DNA of 64,000 nt from Octopus vulgaris (GCA_951406725.2 OX597826.1:62620001-62684000), one strand, 5' to 3'. Shown: positions 28,370 to 42,613, numbered from the stretch's first letter. A program made the numbers and translations. The notes: generated from the sequence alone by a model not told the origin.

Positions 28370-29440
28370 ATGCCGGACAAAGGGGTCACACAGGAGGGCT
28401 AAGAAGAAGGGGAGATAATAAAGTAGTGGTGATACCAAATGAAAGTGAACGTGCGTGAGTATAAGAGAGCATGTATGTGCGTGTGGAAGAGGGGTGGGGG
28501 ACCTTGACGTGTGCGTCTGTGCATGTGTAGGTGTGTGGATGATGGTGTAGGGCTGGGAAGTGGTGAGTGCTAGTGTGTGTGTGGTGGTGTGATGTGATGT
28601 GGTGTTGTGTGATATGGTGGTGTATGGTGTTGTAGTGTTGGGAGGTGGGTGGTGTGGGGGTGGGGTGTTGGGATGTGGGGAGGTGAGAGTGGTGAAAGCA
28701 AGGGCGGGATGTGGGTTAGGCTGAGGGAGGGGGTAGAGGTGGGATATGTGGGAGTGGGTGTAAGGGATTGGGTGGGAGGATGGGATGGATAGTGAAGGTG
28801 GGGTTGGATTGTGTACAGGTGGAGTTACGAGGGAGAGCTGAAGATGAAGTGAGAGGGGGTAGGGAGAAGGTAGGTAGGAGGGAAGAGAAAGATAGTAGAA
28901 GTGAAGAGAAGGCGATAAGCTTCTTTTATTTTCTGTCTACCAAATCCGCGTTTGGTAGCTCCGGGACAGACGTAGAAGATACTCGCGTAATACGTCACGT
29001 AATTGTTGAATTGTTGGAAAGCAGGCTTCTTAAGACACGACCATGTTTGCACTTGTCATTATTAAGTCCAATGTATTTATTTATTATTAAGTTCAATGTT
29101 TCTATGTTTATACTTGCGATGTTTATTTGAAAACATTTATTCTGTTCCTTAGTGGAAATCGTTTCGCTCTATTTTAAAATCATTTATGCTATCTAAATTG
29201 ATACGGGGAAGTGTTACTGTGATAATGAATAAAGGTTTTGAGGATACTTGGAATATTTACTCGGTGTTGTGGTGAATAGGCGTGTGGTTTGGAGAAGGAT
29301 GTGTTGTCTAGGAAAGAGTTATCCGAGATGACTCGGTATGGAAGATTTGTGAGAAAGTGTGTTGTGTTAAAGATATAGAAGAGGTTTGGAAGTGCTGCTA
29401 TTGTGTTACTGTTTTTGTTAGCCATTCCACCTTAAAACGA
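28370..29440 (-). mobile_element. Decayed Penelope-like 3' fragment (GIY-YIG region plus C-rich UTR)
   Basis: AALPNLF...FLTN linker and an ETISxxRNRINVF-like stretch resembling GETxRxLRxRxNEH, followed by a long C-rich tract on the minus strand. Confidence 0.35.
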
Positions 29441-29699
29441 CAATGTGCTGAATGCATTAATGCCGCCTACAGTGCTGACATATGAGTGATGATTAAAGTG
29501 TTACAGCTAGAACAGTTATATCCTCTGTTTCGCCAGTTGGTGAGATGGGTGGCAGTATATATTTATTTGATTATATGAATGTTATATATTGCAGTTTTCC
29601 TTCATGTTGAAAAGCCTGGATGTTAACTATTGCGCCGTTTTACGATAATTTACCGAAGTATTTATTTCATATCTATGTATTGATTTTCTACATCTGTTA

Positions 29700-29990
29700 T
29701 AGGGCTTCTCTCTGTTGTGAAAGGTTTTGTCTAGTCGGATTTAAGTATAGTTTGGAAAATTAGGATTTTTGCATTTACATATAAGATTATTTTTTGAATC
29801 AGCGCTAAGTAAATAGCGTGTTTGATTATAAAACCTTTTAGCTTTATAAATGTCTTTATAATACCTTTAAAGTTATACAGATGACAATTTAATTTCTTGC
29901 GTGTTGAACGTTTTGTATTGTCTTAGAAGCAATTATATTTAAAACCGTTGTATGGAAATATTTGACACTGAAAAGGGACTTAGTGATAAA
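29700..29990 (-). mobile_element. Decayed Jockey/I-type LINE RT C-terminal fragment
   Basis: YKAKRFYNQTRYLLSADSKNNLICKCKILIFQTILKS resembles KA...LYPLLxxxSxLxxxxKLLLYKTIIRP. Confidence 0.4.
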
Positions 29991-30835
29991 ACTTCTTGTC
30001 AGAATAGTTGCTTGTCTGACTGATAACGTCTCGAGCTACTCGAATCGTTAGTGTGTCAGCCTTCCATTCTTTGTTCTTGCTCATTATATTCTGTGCTGAA
30101 ATCCAGCCACGGACAACTATCTTTCCATCTCTTCACAGTTGGAAAAGTATAGTACTTCTCAAGCATTGGGGTTGGTTACATCGGCCAAAGACCTTTGTTC
30201 AAAAATTACTGGCTTTCTACCTAAAATCTGAAGCTTTTATTGTTCATTATTTTCTAAGTAATTTGTGACATGGAGAAGAGAATCTTATATCATTGATTGA
30301 CATTAGCTCAGTCGTAACGGGGAAAAAAGTAAAATAAAAGTGACTCATTGGATAATGAATTATATTATTCCTGATACCGACGTGATAGTCATGGCTGAAA
30401 CGCCGTTGGTTATAGGACTGTAAAGCCAGAACGCAAAAAGGCTTTATGGCTAATCAACAACAGCTGGTACTTTAGCAATAGAGTCATCAACATCTTGCAC
30501 CATAATTTTATATTCCGCAAATTTGTGTAATATTGCTACAAAAAAATCACTTGTAGTTCAATTAGTGACAAATCGATAATTATTATAATTCCACAAATAT
30601 TACCTTTCTTATGATGAACAGCTGTATTCTGTGGAGAAATTAGTGATCGGAGATATTATCTTAAGCTAAATTACTTACTAATTGATGTAACAAATTACAC
30701 TCCTATAATGTGTATATATGAATATCTATAATACCAATATTTGTTCAAGTATCGATTGTCTCTTTGTGTATCTGTTTACGTATGTAAATATATAGTTGTG
30801 TACGTATATATGTATGAATGTATCTACTTGTGTAA

Positions 30836-30872
<37 letters not shown>

Positions 30873-31233
30873 CGGATATGTGTATGTATTTATTAATATA
30901 AGTAAGGAGATGTATGTTGTCTATGTCTGGAACTGTTTCTAATCTAACTTTTCAACAACCTCTATTGCTCTCTATGCCTGCTTCTCTGCCTCTCTCTCCG
31001 TATGAATGTACGTACGTATGTATGTATTACGTACGTACGTATGTATGTGTGTATGTATGTATATATGTATCTATGTGTGCGCATATGTATGTATAGACGC
31101 ATTTATGGTCATTAATTTGCGATTCCAAATATATACGATTCTGCATACGTAGATGTGTGCGTGTGTGTGTATGTGTGTATACATCCTCATGTACGTGCAC
31201 ATACACCTACGTATATATGTATGTATGTATGTA

Positions 31234-31282
<49 letters not shown>

Positions 31283-31295
31283 ATGCATGTATGTA

Positions 31296-31331
<36 letters not shown>

Positions 31332-31337
31332 TGTATG

Positions 31338-31371
<34 letters not shown>

Positions 31372-31672
31372 TGTATGTATGTATGTATGTATGTATGTAT
31401 GTATATGTCTATGTATGTATGTATCTATGTATCTATGTATGTATGTATGTATACACAGATGTGTATTCACTTTCAAACCCTTCTAATAAAGACTACTATA
31501 TGCAAGCTCAGACATCAAGGTATTTATGTGTGATTGTGCGTATGAGTGTATGCATATATAATGAGTATACAATTATATACGAATATTTGTGTTTACATAC
31601 ATATATGTATGCGCGTATGTCTGAATCTATCTATGTATATATGCCTGTAAGTCAGGAATTATAAGCACACGT

Positions 31673-31762
31673 ACATCAAAGACACATACACACATACACA
31701 AACGCACATATCAAGGACACATACACACATACACAAACGCACATATCAAAGACATACACACG
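31673..31762. repeat. 35-bp tandem repeat (~2.5 copies); (CTCTCTCTGT)n at about 31937-32010
   Basis: atcaaagacacatacacacatacacaaacgcacat repeated. Confidence 0.85.
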
Positions 31763-32099
31763 TACACATTCCTGATACGATATTGCCGAGGGAGTTGGTA
31801 AGATTATGAATTTGTGGTTCTATTAAGCAATATTAGATTTACAATTAAGTAGACACTTCATCACTTTGTAACAATGATTAAGATACACATGTGCTTACCT
31901 ATTCCAAAATCAATACACACTGACGTCTCACACACACTCTCTCTGTCTCTCTCTGTCTCTCTCTGTCTCTCTCTGTCTCTCTCTGTCTCTCTCTGTCTCT
32001 CTCTTTCTCTCTATTTCTGATTCATTCCCTGTATGTATGTCTGTATATATACGTACATATATGTGTCTGTGTGTATACAGATGTATATAACTATATGGA

Positions 32100-32472
32100 A
32101 ATGTTTCCTTCTATTAAATTCACCGACAAGTCTTTGGTCGGCCCGAGGCTATAGTAGAAGACACTTGCCCAAGGTGTCACTCAGTGGGCCTGAATTCAGA
32201 ACCACGTGGCTTGGAAGCAAACTTCTTACCACAAATCCACGCCTGCAATATGAAGGAACCCCGTCGTATGTAGAGATATACATAAGTATTAGTCCCACCA
32301 CCGCTAGAAAGCCGGTGTTGCTGTGTTTACGTCGACGTTATCTAACGGTTCGCAAAAGAGACGATAAATTATATACTAGGCTTCAAAAAAGGGAAGTACT
32401 GGCGGTCATTCGTTCGATTAAGTCTATTTAGGGTGGTGCCCCAGCATGACCGCAGTCTCATGACTAAAACAA
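32100..32472. mobile_element. SINE A fragments: 5' half on - strand, then a + strand 3' half
   Basis: ttggtcggcccgaggctatagtagaagacacttgcccaagg is the reverse complement of the head; ggtgccccagcatgaccgcagtc is the tail. Confidence 0.75.
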
Positions 32473-33271
32473 TCGGTTTATGCGAAGGCGATTTCAAAAG
32501 ACTTTATGCAAACCAGTTATTCTCAATTCGGGACATCGACAAAAGCAAAGCCACAAACCTGAGGATTGCTTGGAGACACAAGGCGAGTTATAAAAGCCTT
32601 CTTAGACACGTGCTTCCACAGCATGAAACAATTCGTAGCTCGTATCTTTATACTGTGTACATTAAATGAAATTTATCTCTAAGTGGACCGAACAGTAAAC
32701 TCTTTGTGTGTATGTGCATAGTCACCCACGGCAATATTCACATACAATAAACTATCTTTTCACAAATATTTATTTAACGAAAGAAAATAATTGATAACGA
32801 GTCAAGTCACACGAATATTGTTATATAGGCGCGCACTTGTAATTGCGCATAAAAATAGACAAGCATACATATATATAGATACATAGATAGATTGTTACCT
32901 AGATAGACAAATATAGACAGACAAATATACATATTATCTTTGTTATGTAATCATTCATTATACATGCACACGCATACATACAAACACATAATTACATACG
33001 CACATATAGACAGCCAGACAGATTGACAGACAGACAGACAGACAGAATGATAAATAGATAGTTACATAGATCTTCTTATGGTTGAGAAATAGCTAGTTTT
33101 AACTGCTATTTCTAAATTTCGGTATGTGGTGAAGCAAATTTTTTACTGAACCCTAATTATAATTATACTCATAATAAAAATTTTTGTTTAAGTTTACCGA
33201 TAATGTTTCTTTTAACATACCGAATAACTTGCTAAAATTATTAATTATTAATTACTTAATTAATTTTACCC

Positions 33272-33307
<36 letters not shown>

Positions 33308-34256
33308 GGTAAATAGATAGATTGATTGATTGATTGATAAATGTTAGCTTCTCTTATTGACGATATTGATGTTGTTGTTGTACTGCATCACCACAGGCAA
33401 ACATTAAATGAGTTGATCCATGTCTTAAGATATTCCAGCCAAGACAGCATATACGTAAGTGTGCGCGTGCGCACACACTTTCATAGATTGTGATTCGAGA
33501 TGATAATTTTTAATTCTAAGAAGTAGAACGACCACACAGGGCCTCCGTCTTTGCCCACATACTTCAACTGTGGTTAGACTATGCTATATCTTTAATATAC
33601 GAGTAGCGAGTGTGATTGTTGAATTCCAAGAGGTAGTTTTTTGATGATTGTGCAATGTGTGAATCGTTATATTATAGGACAAGATCACTTTCTTTATTTG
33701 TTCTCGCTCTTTCCGTACTTATTTCGTATTCTGCTAAGGTGAACTCTGCTTTTCATCCACTCAAGGATGCTAACATAAAATACCAATCCAAGATTCTGGA
33801 TCAGCAAACTAGAGATGCCTTGCTGCTATGATCTCCTCCCAGTTGTCTATGTTTCATATTCGTAGGTGTGAGACTTCATCTTATCTAGTTTGATACTACC
33901 AAACTGTTCTGGGGTACTTCTAGCAAATATAAATCTGCAGTGAGAACTGGAAACATGTCTAAATCTTTACAGTTCCACCTACTAATTTAGCAGCATTCGG
34001 GTCTGGCCTCTGATTTGAGAATGCTCTCTTTTCTTCTCTTACCAATCTTCGAACTCCCGGAAAAAGAATATTAAAGAAAGGGATGGCTGGCGCTATTTTC
34101 CCTACCTGACTAAACGGTAAGATTTATTGTTGAATGTGAGTGGTGTTCAAGTTGATGTTGCTGCTTATGAAATAAGTTTCAGTATCTTTTGAAGGCACGC
34201 GATCTAAGTATGGCGGCCATGGCTTTTCTTTAATCGATTTTGTATGTATTATGTCC

Positions 34257-34314
<58 letters not shown>

Positions 34315-34356
34315 ATATATACATACACACACACACACATATATATATATAAATAT

Positions 34357-34387
<31 letters not shown>

Positions 34388-34634
34388 TAATATATATATA
34401 TATCATTTTTAATGCGCAAGTGGATTGTAGAACAGAAACTAGATAATGTTATTAACAAGGATCTTGCTGCCAAAATTAGAAATCTAAAAGCCCTTTCTTT
34501 AGTAATAGAACATGTAAACCGTTCAACCGAAGCATTTGAGAGTCGGTTCTGAACACACATTTGATTATTTATCACCGTTCAAATGACGTATCAAAATGAA
34601 TTGTATGTGTGCGTGTATGTATGCAACTAACTGT

Positions 34635-34703
<69 letters not shown>

Positions 34704-34722
34704 CAACTATCCTGCCATCCAT

Positions 34723-34786
<64 letters not shown>

Positions 34787-35093
34787 ATGAGTCTGTGTGT
34801 ATGTGTGTGTATGCCTGTGAGTGTTTATACTCAGATAGCAAGGCAGAAATCCATATTATTTAGGACTATATTTGCATATGAGTATCATTATGTTGAGTTC
34901 TTTCTTTCAATCATTGGACTGCGGCCATACTGTGACACTAACCAAAATAGTTTTAAGTCCATAAAATCGGCTTCAATAACATTTTAAAAACATGTGCTAT
35001 GTAACGGAAATAAAATAGCGCGCACAGCTTGTTGAGCAATGGCTGTGTGTATACAAACACAAACACATAGACAGATAGATAAACAGTCAAAAG

Positions 35094-35163
<70 letters not shown>

Positions 35164-35253
35164 CATATAGACAGACAGTCAGATAGATAGATAGATAGAT
35201 AGATAGGCAGACAGACAGACACACAGACAGACAGACAGACAGACAGACAGACT

Positions 35254-35310
<57 letters not shown>

Positions 35311-35841
35311 GTAGATAGATAGATCAGTGGTTGCATGTATGAGAGAGAGAAATTTTTTGTGTGCGGTTATATAAAATATCAGTGAGAAACCATGATTGGT
35401 CTATTATATTATCCGCGATGAAATTTTCCGAAGAACATCAATTCTTGTGAAATTTTAATGTAAAATTTATTTGCTTCAATCTCATGCATATCACAATAAA
35501 GATTTTTGACAGTTTCTGGAAATTCTTTCGGAAGATTCACCAATGAAATATAAAGTTGTCAAGATATTTCAAATGCAACAACTAATATTTTAAATTTGAT
35601 ATTTTATAGTTTTTAAACGCATCTATTCGTGCTTTGTTCAACGGAATGCAATTTGTTTTACATACATACATGCATACATACATGCATACATACATACGTA
35701 CGTACGTGCATGCATGTATACGCAACACACACACACATGCAGATTCAAACACGCACACAGAGACACAAGCATATCTACGCATACATACACACGTATGCAT
35801 ATATAAGCAGATTTATATGTGTTTATATATATGTATGTGCA

Positions 35842-35885
<44 letters not shown>

Positions 35886-35911
35886 AGCATACATACACAT
35901 ATATGTATGTT

Positions 35912-35943
<32 letters not shown>

Positions 35944-37563
35944 TGTATGTATGTATGTATGTATGTATGTGTGTGTATGTATATGTGTGTATATATTAAA
36001 GCAGGAAAGTGAAGAATCTTTGCGATATTATTCATTCGCGCCATTACAGTTGTTTCATTTGCTAACAGATGTCACAAGGTTTTTACATGTAGAAAATATG
36101 TAAGCTATCTCCTTTAAGATATTCTTCATGCAGAGAAGCAATAATACGAAATTTACATTGTCATCTTATTTCATCACGATAATGAATTAAGTGAGTAGTT
36201 GGATATGTTTAATTTTTATAGATATTATTTAAAATATCTCATTCGTAATTTTACACACCAAACGATAAATCCAATCAACCAATAGTTTCAATACCTGAAA
36301 TTACAGGATAATGTTTTATCCTAAATTTATTCTTTAATGTGAGTATTGAAAGATGATTTATTCTTGCAGTGACATTTCTTTTACTACACATGCTCAAATC
36401 ATAGTTTTTCATATATATTTTATTATATATTTTCTACTACTTTGTGTAAACCATTCACATAATATTAATTTTTACTTCACAAGTCTAAAGAATTTTTCTA
36501 TTTTCTGTATTCCAAATAATTATCATTTTTCAAACTGACAATCAAAAGTATTCATTTTACATCTCTGCCCTTGCTTTATTATTCACATCAACCCCCTACA
36601 TGGCCTTGCTTTTTGCTTTTTGAGCCAAAAATTAACTAACTAACTAACAATATGTGGCCTTATCCTATCAAGATATATTTTTAGATGTATTCAACAACGC
36701 GAAAATCAGATAAGTTTTCGAAATTTCTATTTCCAATAAACTTAAACCATAATTTCGTATTATTACTGTTAAGAACCTCAAATGTTTACGCAAACGTTTA
36801 AAGACAGACACAAATATGCAAATAAACACTCATACATTCACACAGACACACGCACAAATACACACACATAATATAACAAGATTCAGTTGAATAAGGTACT
36901 TAATGTTAGGTCGGAATAAAATGAACCCACAACATTTACATATGAATACCGACCTTGTTACAGAATTTCTGGCAGAATGTATGCACTTAATTGGACCCAA
37001 CTCAGTATATAATCCGCTCTGGAGCTATTCAGACATGTACATTTTACTAAATATATACTCCTTAATATGATACGGAATACGTGAGGGGCAAGTTCCGAAA
37101 GGTAAATTTAAAATATAAAAATAAGTAACAATTGATGAACAGGTGTCAGTTTATTACAACTGTTTCTAGCGAATTTTTAATTGATCGATGAGTACATTAT
37201 ATCATTATAAAAAATAACTATTTACTTCTAATGATAGAATGTACTTATAGATCAATTAAAAACACTCTTCAGAATCGGCTGTAATGTACTGAGTCTTATC
37301 AAATAATTGTTGCTTTTATATATATATATATATAATAGAAATATTAAAATTACTAAGTCTCTCTAAAAGAGAACAACGGCAGCGTTTCCGGAAAATAATA
37401 GTTATCGCCACACTAATATGGCATTCTTATAAAAATAAGAATAAAGCTGTCCGCTTATTAGCTCCATGAGGCCATCGCCTTAAGTTAGCTATTTGATACA
37501 CAAACTGTATCCATATAACCTTCGAACAAGGGAGGTCAGTCGCTCCACACTACTTGACCGGCA

Positions 37564-37605
37564 GCTACAGACGCGTTTCGGGGTATTGCCCCTTTTCAAT
37601 GCAGC
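37564..37605 (-). ncRNA. Minimal type-I hammerhead ribozyme (U3-A8 core variant)
   Basis: Minus strand GCTGCA-TTGAAAA-GGGG-CAATA-CCCC-GAAA-CGCG-TC-TGTAGC: 6-bp helix I, 4-bp helix II, palindromic ACGCGT helix III, GUC cleavage triplet. Confidence 0.75.
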
Positions 37606-39739
37606 GTAGCCAGACCAGTAGGTGTCGCTTCTGACAATCTCTGTTCGAAGGTTTTATTTACCTAGCTTCGGTATATATATATACATGTACTTGTGTGTTC
37701 GTATTTGTGTGTGTACCTCTGTCTCCTTGTGTGAAGTGTGCGTTTGGTTATGTGTTTCAATCTTCATATGTATGTATGGTGTGTGTTTGTACCTGTCTGT
37801 CTATACTACCTATGTACCTATTTATCTGTATATCTACCTGTCCATACGCGTAACTATTTACCTATATATATATACTCTGTTACTTGTTTGTCATTTGAAT
37901 CCGGTCATGCTGGAGCAACAGCTTTTATTCGAGCAAGGTTTTGTTCGGCCCGAGGATATAGTAGAAGACACTTGCTCAAGGTGCCACGCATGTAATTGGA
38001 ATGAGTCTATCCCCATAAGGGTTTTGTATTCCGCAAGATGTGTTACAAACACTGCTTCTCGTCTACAGCGAGTCACAATACTCGCGTCAAATTAGTATAT
38101 TATGAAACTAAGCAATTACTAAATAATGTTACGTTTTAGTGGCTTTTGTTAGAGGAGTTAAGGCAGTGACCATTACAATTTTCGGGGTTTGCAGGACTGA
38201 TGGGGGAAAAGAAGGAAGACTGGTCACCTAGCCGAAATGCTCGCAAGCGAACCAAATGGAGGGTGCTAGCGTTAAAATGGGAGGAGGATTAGGTCAACCA
38301 GCTAAAAAATATGGGTCCTACAGCAAGACATCGGCAAAGTTTCTATTTATCAAATTTCAGTCACAGGACTTTGATTGATTTAGGTGTATGTAGAAGGCAC
38401 ACCACAAAGGTAACGAAGCGGTCATATATCCCCATTGCCTATATTGATTAAATGAAAGTAAAAAAATTTTGCAGATAGAAGTTTTATTTCCTCTTTAACG
38501 GAGATTGAATTCAGATGAAATTATTGCGAAAGTATAGATTGGAAAGCATTGCGTGTCATGCTCTGCTCTGACGTTTTAATGTTCCAACACATTTACCTAA
38601 CGAAACATTACAGAAGTAGTGTTAACTGCGGCTGTTTATGCAAGAAATAAGCACTGACTTTCTTTAATGAATTTCAAAAACCAATAAGGAAGAAACATAA
38701 TTTGAAAACCACGAAAAAAGATAAGAGCATATGGATTAAAATCGATTCAATGTCAATTGAAAAAGTTAAATAATAATCAAACGCAAATTTTACATTTTCA
38801 TATTGGAATATTTGAGCACTTTACATTCCTTTATTTAATTTTGATGGAAATTTTGAAGTTTTTTTCTGTTTGTTGTTTGTCTTCATTGATTTTTACTTCT
38901 TTTTTTTTCCCGCAGTTTCTTTCACCTTTCCTCTGGTTTGTCTTTCTAAGGTTTCCTTCATTCGCACAGACGTTTTCAAACACAAATAATAATGCATTTT
39001 CAATTACTTTATATGAAGTTTACTTGAATATGAACGGAATTCTATAGAATACATAAAAAGAATTGTCAGTAGTAAGTTCTAGAATCAATGAAAGATATTC
39101 AAAATATCTACAAAATGATTTTCAAATATTAAAATGGCATTTCATCGATTCACTTTCACCCTCCACTTATCTTTCTTTTACTCTCTCTCTCTCTCTCTCA
39201 CCCCTCCCTCTCTGTTTCATACGCGCATCTATTTATGAGAATATATGTGGTGTGTGTGTGCGTGTATATGTGTGTGTGTTTGTGTAGATAGTTATGTATG
39301 TGCATAGACACACACATATATATATATATATATATTTACGGAAATGCCCTAGCACGCACATTGATATATATGTCTGCTATTTATGTGTGCACGTATATGC
39401 GCATGAGTGTATGTGTGAGTATGTGTGTATTTGTGTGCTCATAGTTTCAAATATGTGTGTGGGTATGTGTGTGTGTGTATGTGTGCACATAGTTTCAAAT
39501 ATGTGTGTATGTCCGTGTGAATGTAAACATATATGTATACATTCTCACGTATCATGTCTGATTATAAACTCAAGTATTGGCAACCGGTGATATTGCATAC
39601 AACGGCATATCACACATTTCTGGTATCTCATTTTATATGCAAACTTACAAGTACACGTACGCACGCATACATTCGCTCACACACGGACACACACACTCAA
39701 TTATACGCATCATTCATGTGGGTGTATTAGTGGTCATGT

Positions 39740-41150
39740 ATTAATATTTCATTCTGGAATAAGGGATTGTGCAGTCCATCCGAAGCTGATTGAGATGTAT
39801 TGGATGAGAATTGTATCGTCGGTATTCTGGGAAGGTATGAATGAATACGATGAGATGATGATACCGAGATGAAGCGGTTTAATAGATTAGGAAGAGGAGA
39901 GATGAGTGAAACAAAAAGGTTTGAATGGAGGTGACATAACATCAAGCAGCTCAGGAAAAGGAAGGTGTAAGAGTATGAGGATGGCGAGGGTTTATCAGCA
40001 GGAGAGGGAGAAAGTGGTTGTGAAAAGGAGGTGTTGAGAGTGGGAAGCGGTTGTGAAGTGGATGTGGTGTTGAGAAGGAAGAGACGTTGAGGAGAAGGAG
40101 GGGTATGGGGGGAATAGACGTTGAGGAGGTGTTGAGGTGAGGAGGTTGAGGAGGAGGAGGCGGGGAGAAGTTGAAGAGAGTGGGAAAAATTGAGGAAGAG
40201 GGGGAGGAGAAAGAGGAGGGTAGATGTTGAAGAGGAGGGGAAAAGTTGGGAGGAAGTGAAGAGGAGGAGGAGGGTAGAAGTTGAAGAGAAGGGGAGAAGG
40301 AGGAGGAGGTGTTTGTGTTGGACGAGGAGAGAAACGAGTCACTACGCTAATAAATCAGAGGAATTCCCGCCAAACAATCGAGCACCCTTTTTTAAATATA
40401 GTGTCAGATTTATGTTTGTGTGTGTGTGTGAGTGTACTGTTTCAGATACAAGGCCATTATCCTGTTGTGCATCTCTCTCGAGCTTTATACAGAGTTAGTA
40501 GTTGTGTTGCTAGTGAAATATTTTGTGTTCCTGAAGATTAAAGCCAGTCTTTGCGAAGCAGTTTTGAGTCTGCTAAAGATGTGCGTTCGCTAGGAGAGAT
40601 TCCTTGTTAGAATGTGCCTTAGCAATTAGAGGAACATGTGATAAGTCTAGCTGTGAGATTTTAAGAGTGGGGATTTGATAATGTTCTCTTTATAAGTGTA
40701 ATGATTGTATCTTTGATCTGTTAAAAGAATCACTATCATCATGATATCACTGGAAGATGTTTTTCCCGCTCATGAATTCGGTATATATACGGCTCGAGAT
40801 ACAGAGGTTGCATGTCAATGAAACAGAGGGATATGCTATGACAGAGTAAAAGGTGGTTTTATCTATGTAGGACAGGTGTCCCCAAACATTTTAGACTATC
40901 GACCCCTTCATGGAATCCTTGACCTCTCATGGATCCCAGGCATATATAAGAAATTAAATAATAATAATTAATTAGATGTGCATTTATCGACCCCTTGAAT
41001 AGTCCCATCTACCCCTAGGGATATAGATATCGACCAATTTGAAAACCCCTGATGTTGGGGTAAACGATATCAAGGGTTATAGCAAGTAGGTTTATGAATG
41101 TAAAATTAACTGACAAAGTTTAACTTCGTCATCCTAAAATCCAGTCATTG
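39740..41150 (-). mobile_element. Decayed L2/CR1-group (Daphne/Crack-like) LINE RT fragment, interrupted by a MITE and a purine-rich tract
   Basis: FTFINLLAITLDIVYP|YIDKTTFYS (like FINDL...YADDTTLYS); TASQRLALIFRNTKYFT..QLLTLYKAR (like ASxKLGxLFRARxYFT..QLLxLYKAQ); PELLDVMSPP...SYLPR. Confidence 0.65.
40873..41051. mobile_element. hAT (Charlie-like) MITE
   Basis: Ends caggtgtccccaaac / tttgaaaacccctg; 8-bp TSD atgtagga / atgttggg (6/8 match). Confidence 0.75.
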
Positions 41151-41176
41151 TCGTATCATAAGGACTCATAAGTTGG

Positions 41177-41362
41177 TGGAGTTCCGTGGCTTAGTGAGTA
41201 GGGTTTGTGACTCATCATCGTAAGATTGTGGTTTCGAATTCTGGACCGGGCAACGCGTTGTGTTCTTGAGCAAAACACTTCATTTCACACTGCTCCAGTC
41301 CTCTCAGCTGACAAAACTGAGTAATCTTGTGACGGACCGGCGTCCCGTCCGGAACTGGGAAG
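41177..41362 (+). mobile_element. SINE family C (tRNA head, CORE-like and V-like segments)
   Basis: gtggcttagtg..ggtttcgaattc; ttgtgttcttgagcaaaacactt; gacggaccggcgtcccgtcc. A decayed reverse copy lies at about 46780-46935. Confidence 0.75.
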
Positions 41363-42379
41363 GTAACATTCTTTAATTGGTCATAAGTTGATATCATTAG
41401 CAGCACTAATTGCCATAGGTGTAAATATACGTTATCGTTGTTACTTTCTAAGATACTAGAATGCCCTCTCTGCCAAATCGCGCCTATTTTTTTTCTTTCT
41501 TTTATAAAAATAGGAATGTTTATAAAATGATGTAATATTCGATACACTACATTTGAAAGAAAACACAGCATCGACATTGCTAGAATGTCGAAATATATTG
41601 AGTCATCAATCTACATCATCAGAGTCAGCCTGTGGCTAAACCGCAGTAAAGTTTCCTTCGGATTAACCTTGTCTGCCCTGAACCCTTGTCTAACTTTACC
41701 TGTGTATATTATTTGTCATGTATTAGGCAGAAACCTCCGACAAAATAAGGGAGTATAATACGTTTTTTCTCTTTGAGAAGCCCTAAAAAAGATACATGAT
41801 GTAACACTCCCTACTCTGGTTAAACCAAAAGAATTCCGAAAAGGATAAATCTTTTTCTATCCGCTACAAAATACAACAATATTAATATCAACAACATATC
41901 TGGTCTAGTAATTGTGGCTTCTGAAATCTACTGCGAAGAGGTTACAGTGTGAGGGACATGACGGACTAGTGTAGTTGCTGCAATATCTCTGTCACAGTGT
42001 ATAAATATTTAATGGATTCTATGCCCAGAATTTAATGAAGACAAATATCATTGGAGAGAGAGAGAGATGTGTTTCGAAAAACGAGTAAGTTATGTTCTCT
42101 TGGTGACCCGCAGAGAAATTTTAGAGAATTAACATTCGAAAGCAGAAAGAAAATTAATAACAACAACAACAACAACAAAAGCAACGATTACTTCTACCAC
42201 AATATCCACAACTGCAACCAACAGCACTAACACGACAGCTTACAGCATAACAAGTACAACCACGGAAAAATAATCCACCACACTCAACATCAATACCATC
42301 ACAAGCACCACCACAAAAATGTACTACAAACATCACAACAACCTCCTACACAAACGAAACTAAAACCATCCCAACCACC

Positions 42380-42540
42380 TTGGATCTTTCTTTTCTTATG
42401 TTTCTGACGAAGAGCTCCGCTCGAAACGTTAAGTCCTCCTTCTTTCTTTACTTTCCTGGGCGTCCAATAACACTATACTTGTTCCACGTCCTCGCGTTGT
42501 TGTGTTTTCTCTTTGTGTTTTCATGTTGGAGTTAACCATA
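42380..42540 (+). mobile_element. Penelope-like terminal repeat with minimal hammerhead motif
   Basis: CTGACGA-A-GAGC-TCC-GCTC-GAAACGTTA at 42404-42431; downstream sequence shared with 44270-44475; ends in (TA)n. Confidence 0.65.
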
Positions 42541-42579
42541 TATATATATGCATGTGTCTATCCTATGTGTGTGTGTGTG

Positions 42580-42613
<34 letters not shown>

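Noticed and set aside
33866-34116. Plus-strand AG...GTAAGA exon-like segment
   Set aside because: Stops in all three frames and no other support
41570-41600. Hairpin gacatt/aatgtc followed by GAAATATAT, like HHR helix II/III
   Set aside because: No CUGANGA core or helix I
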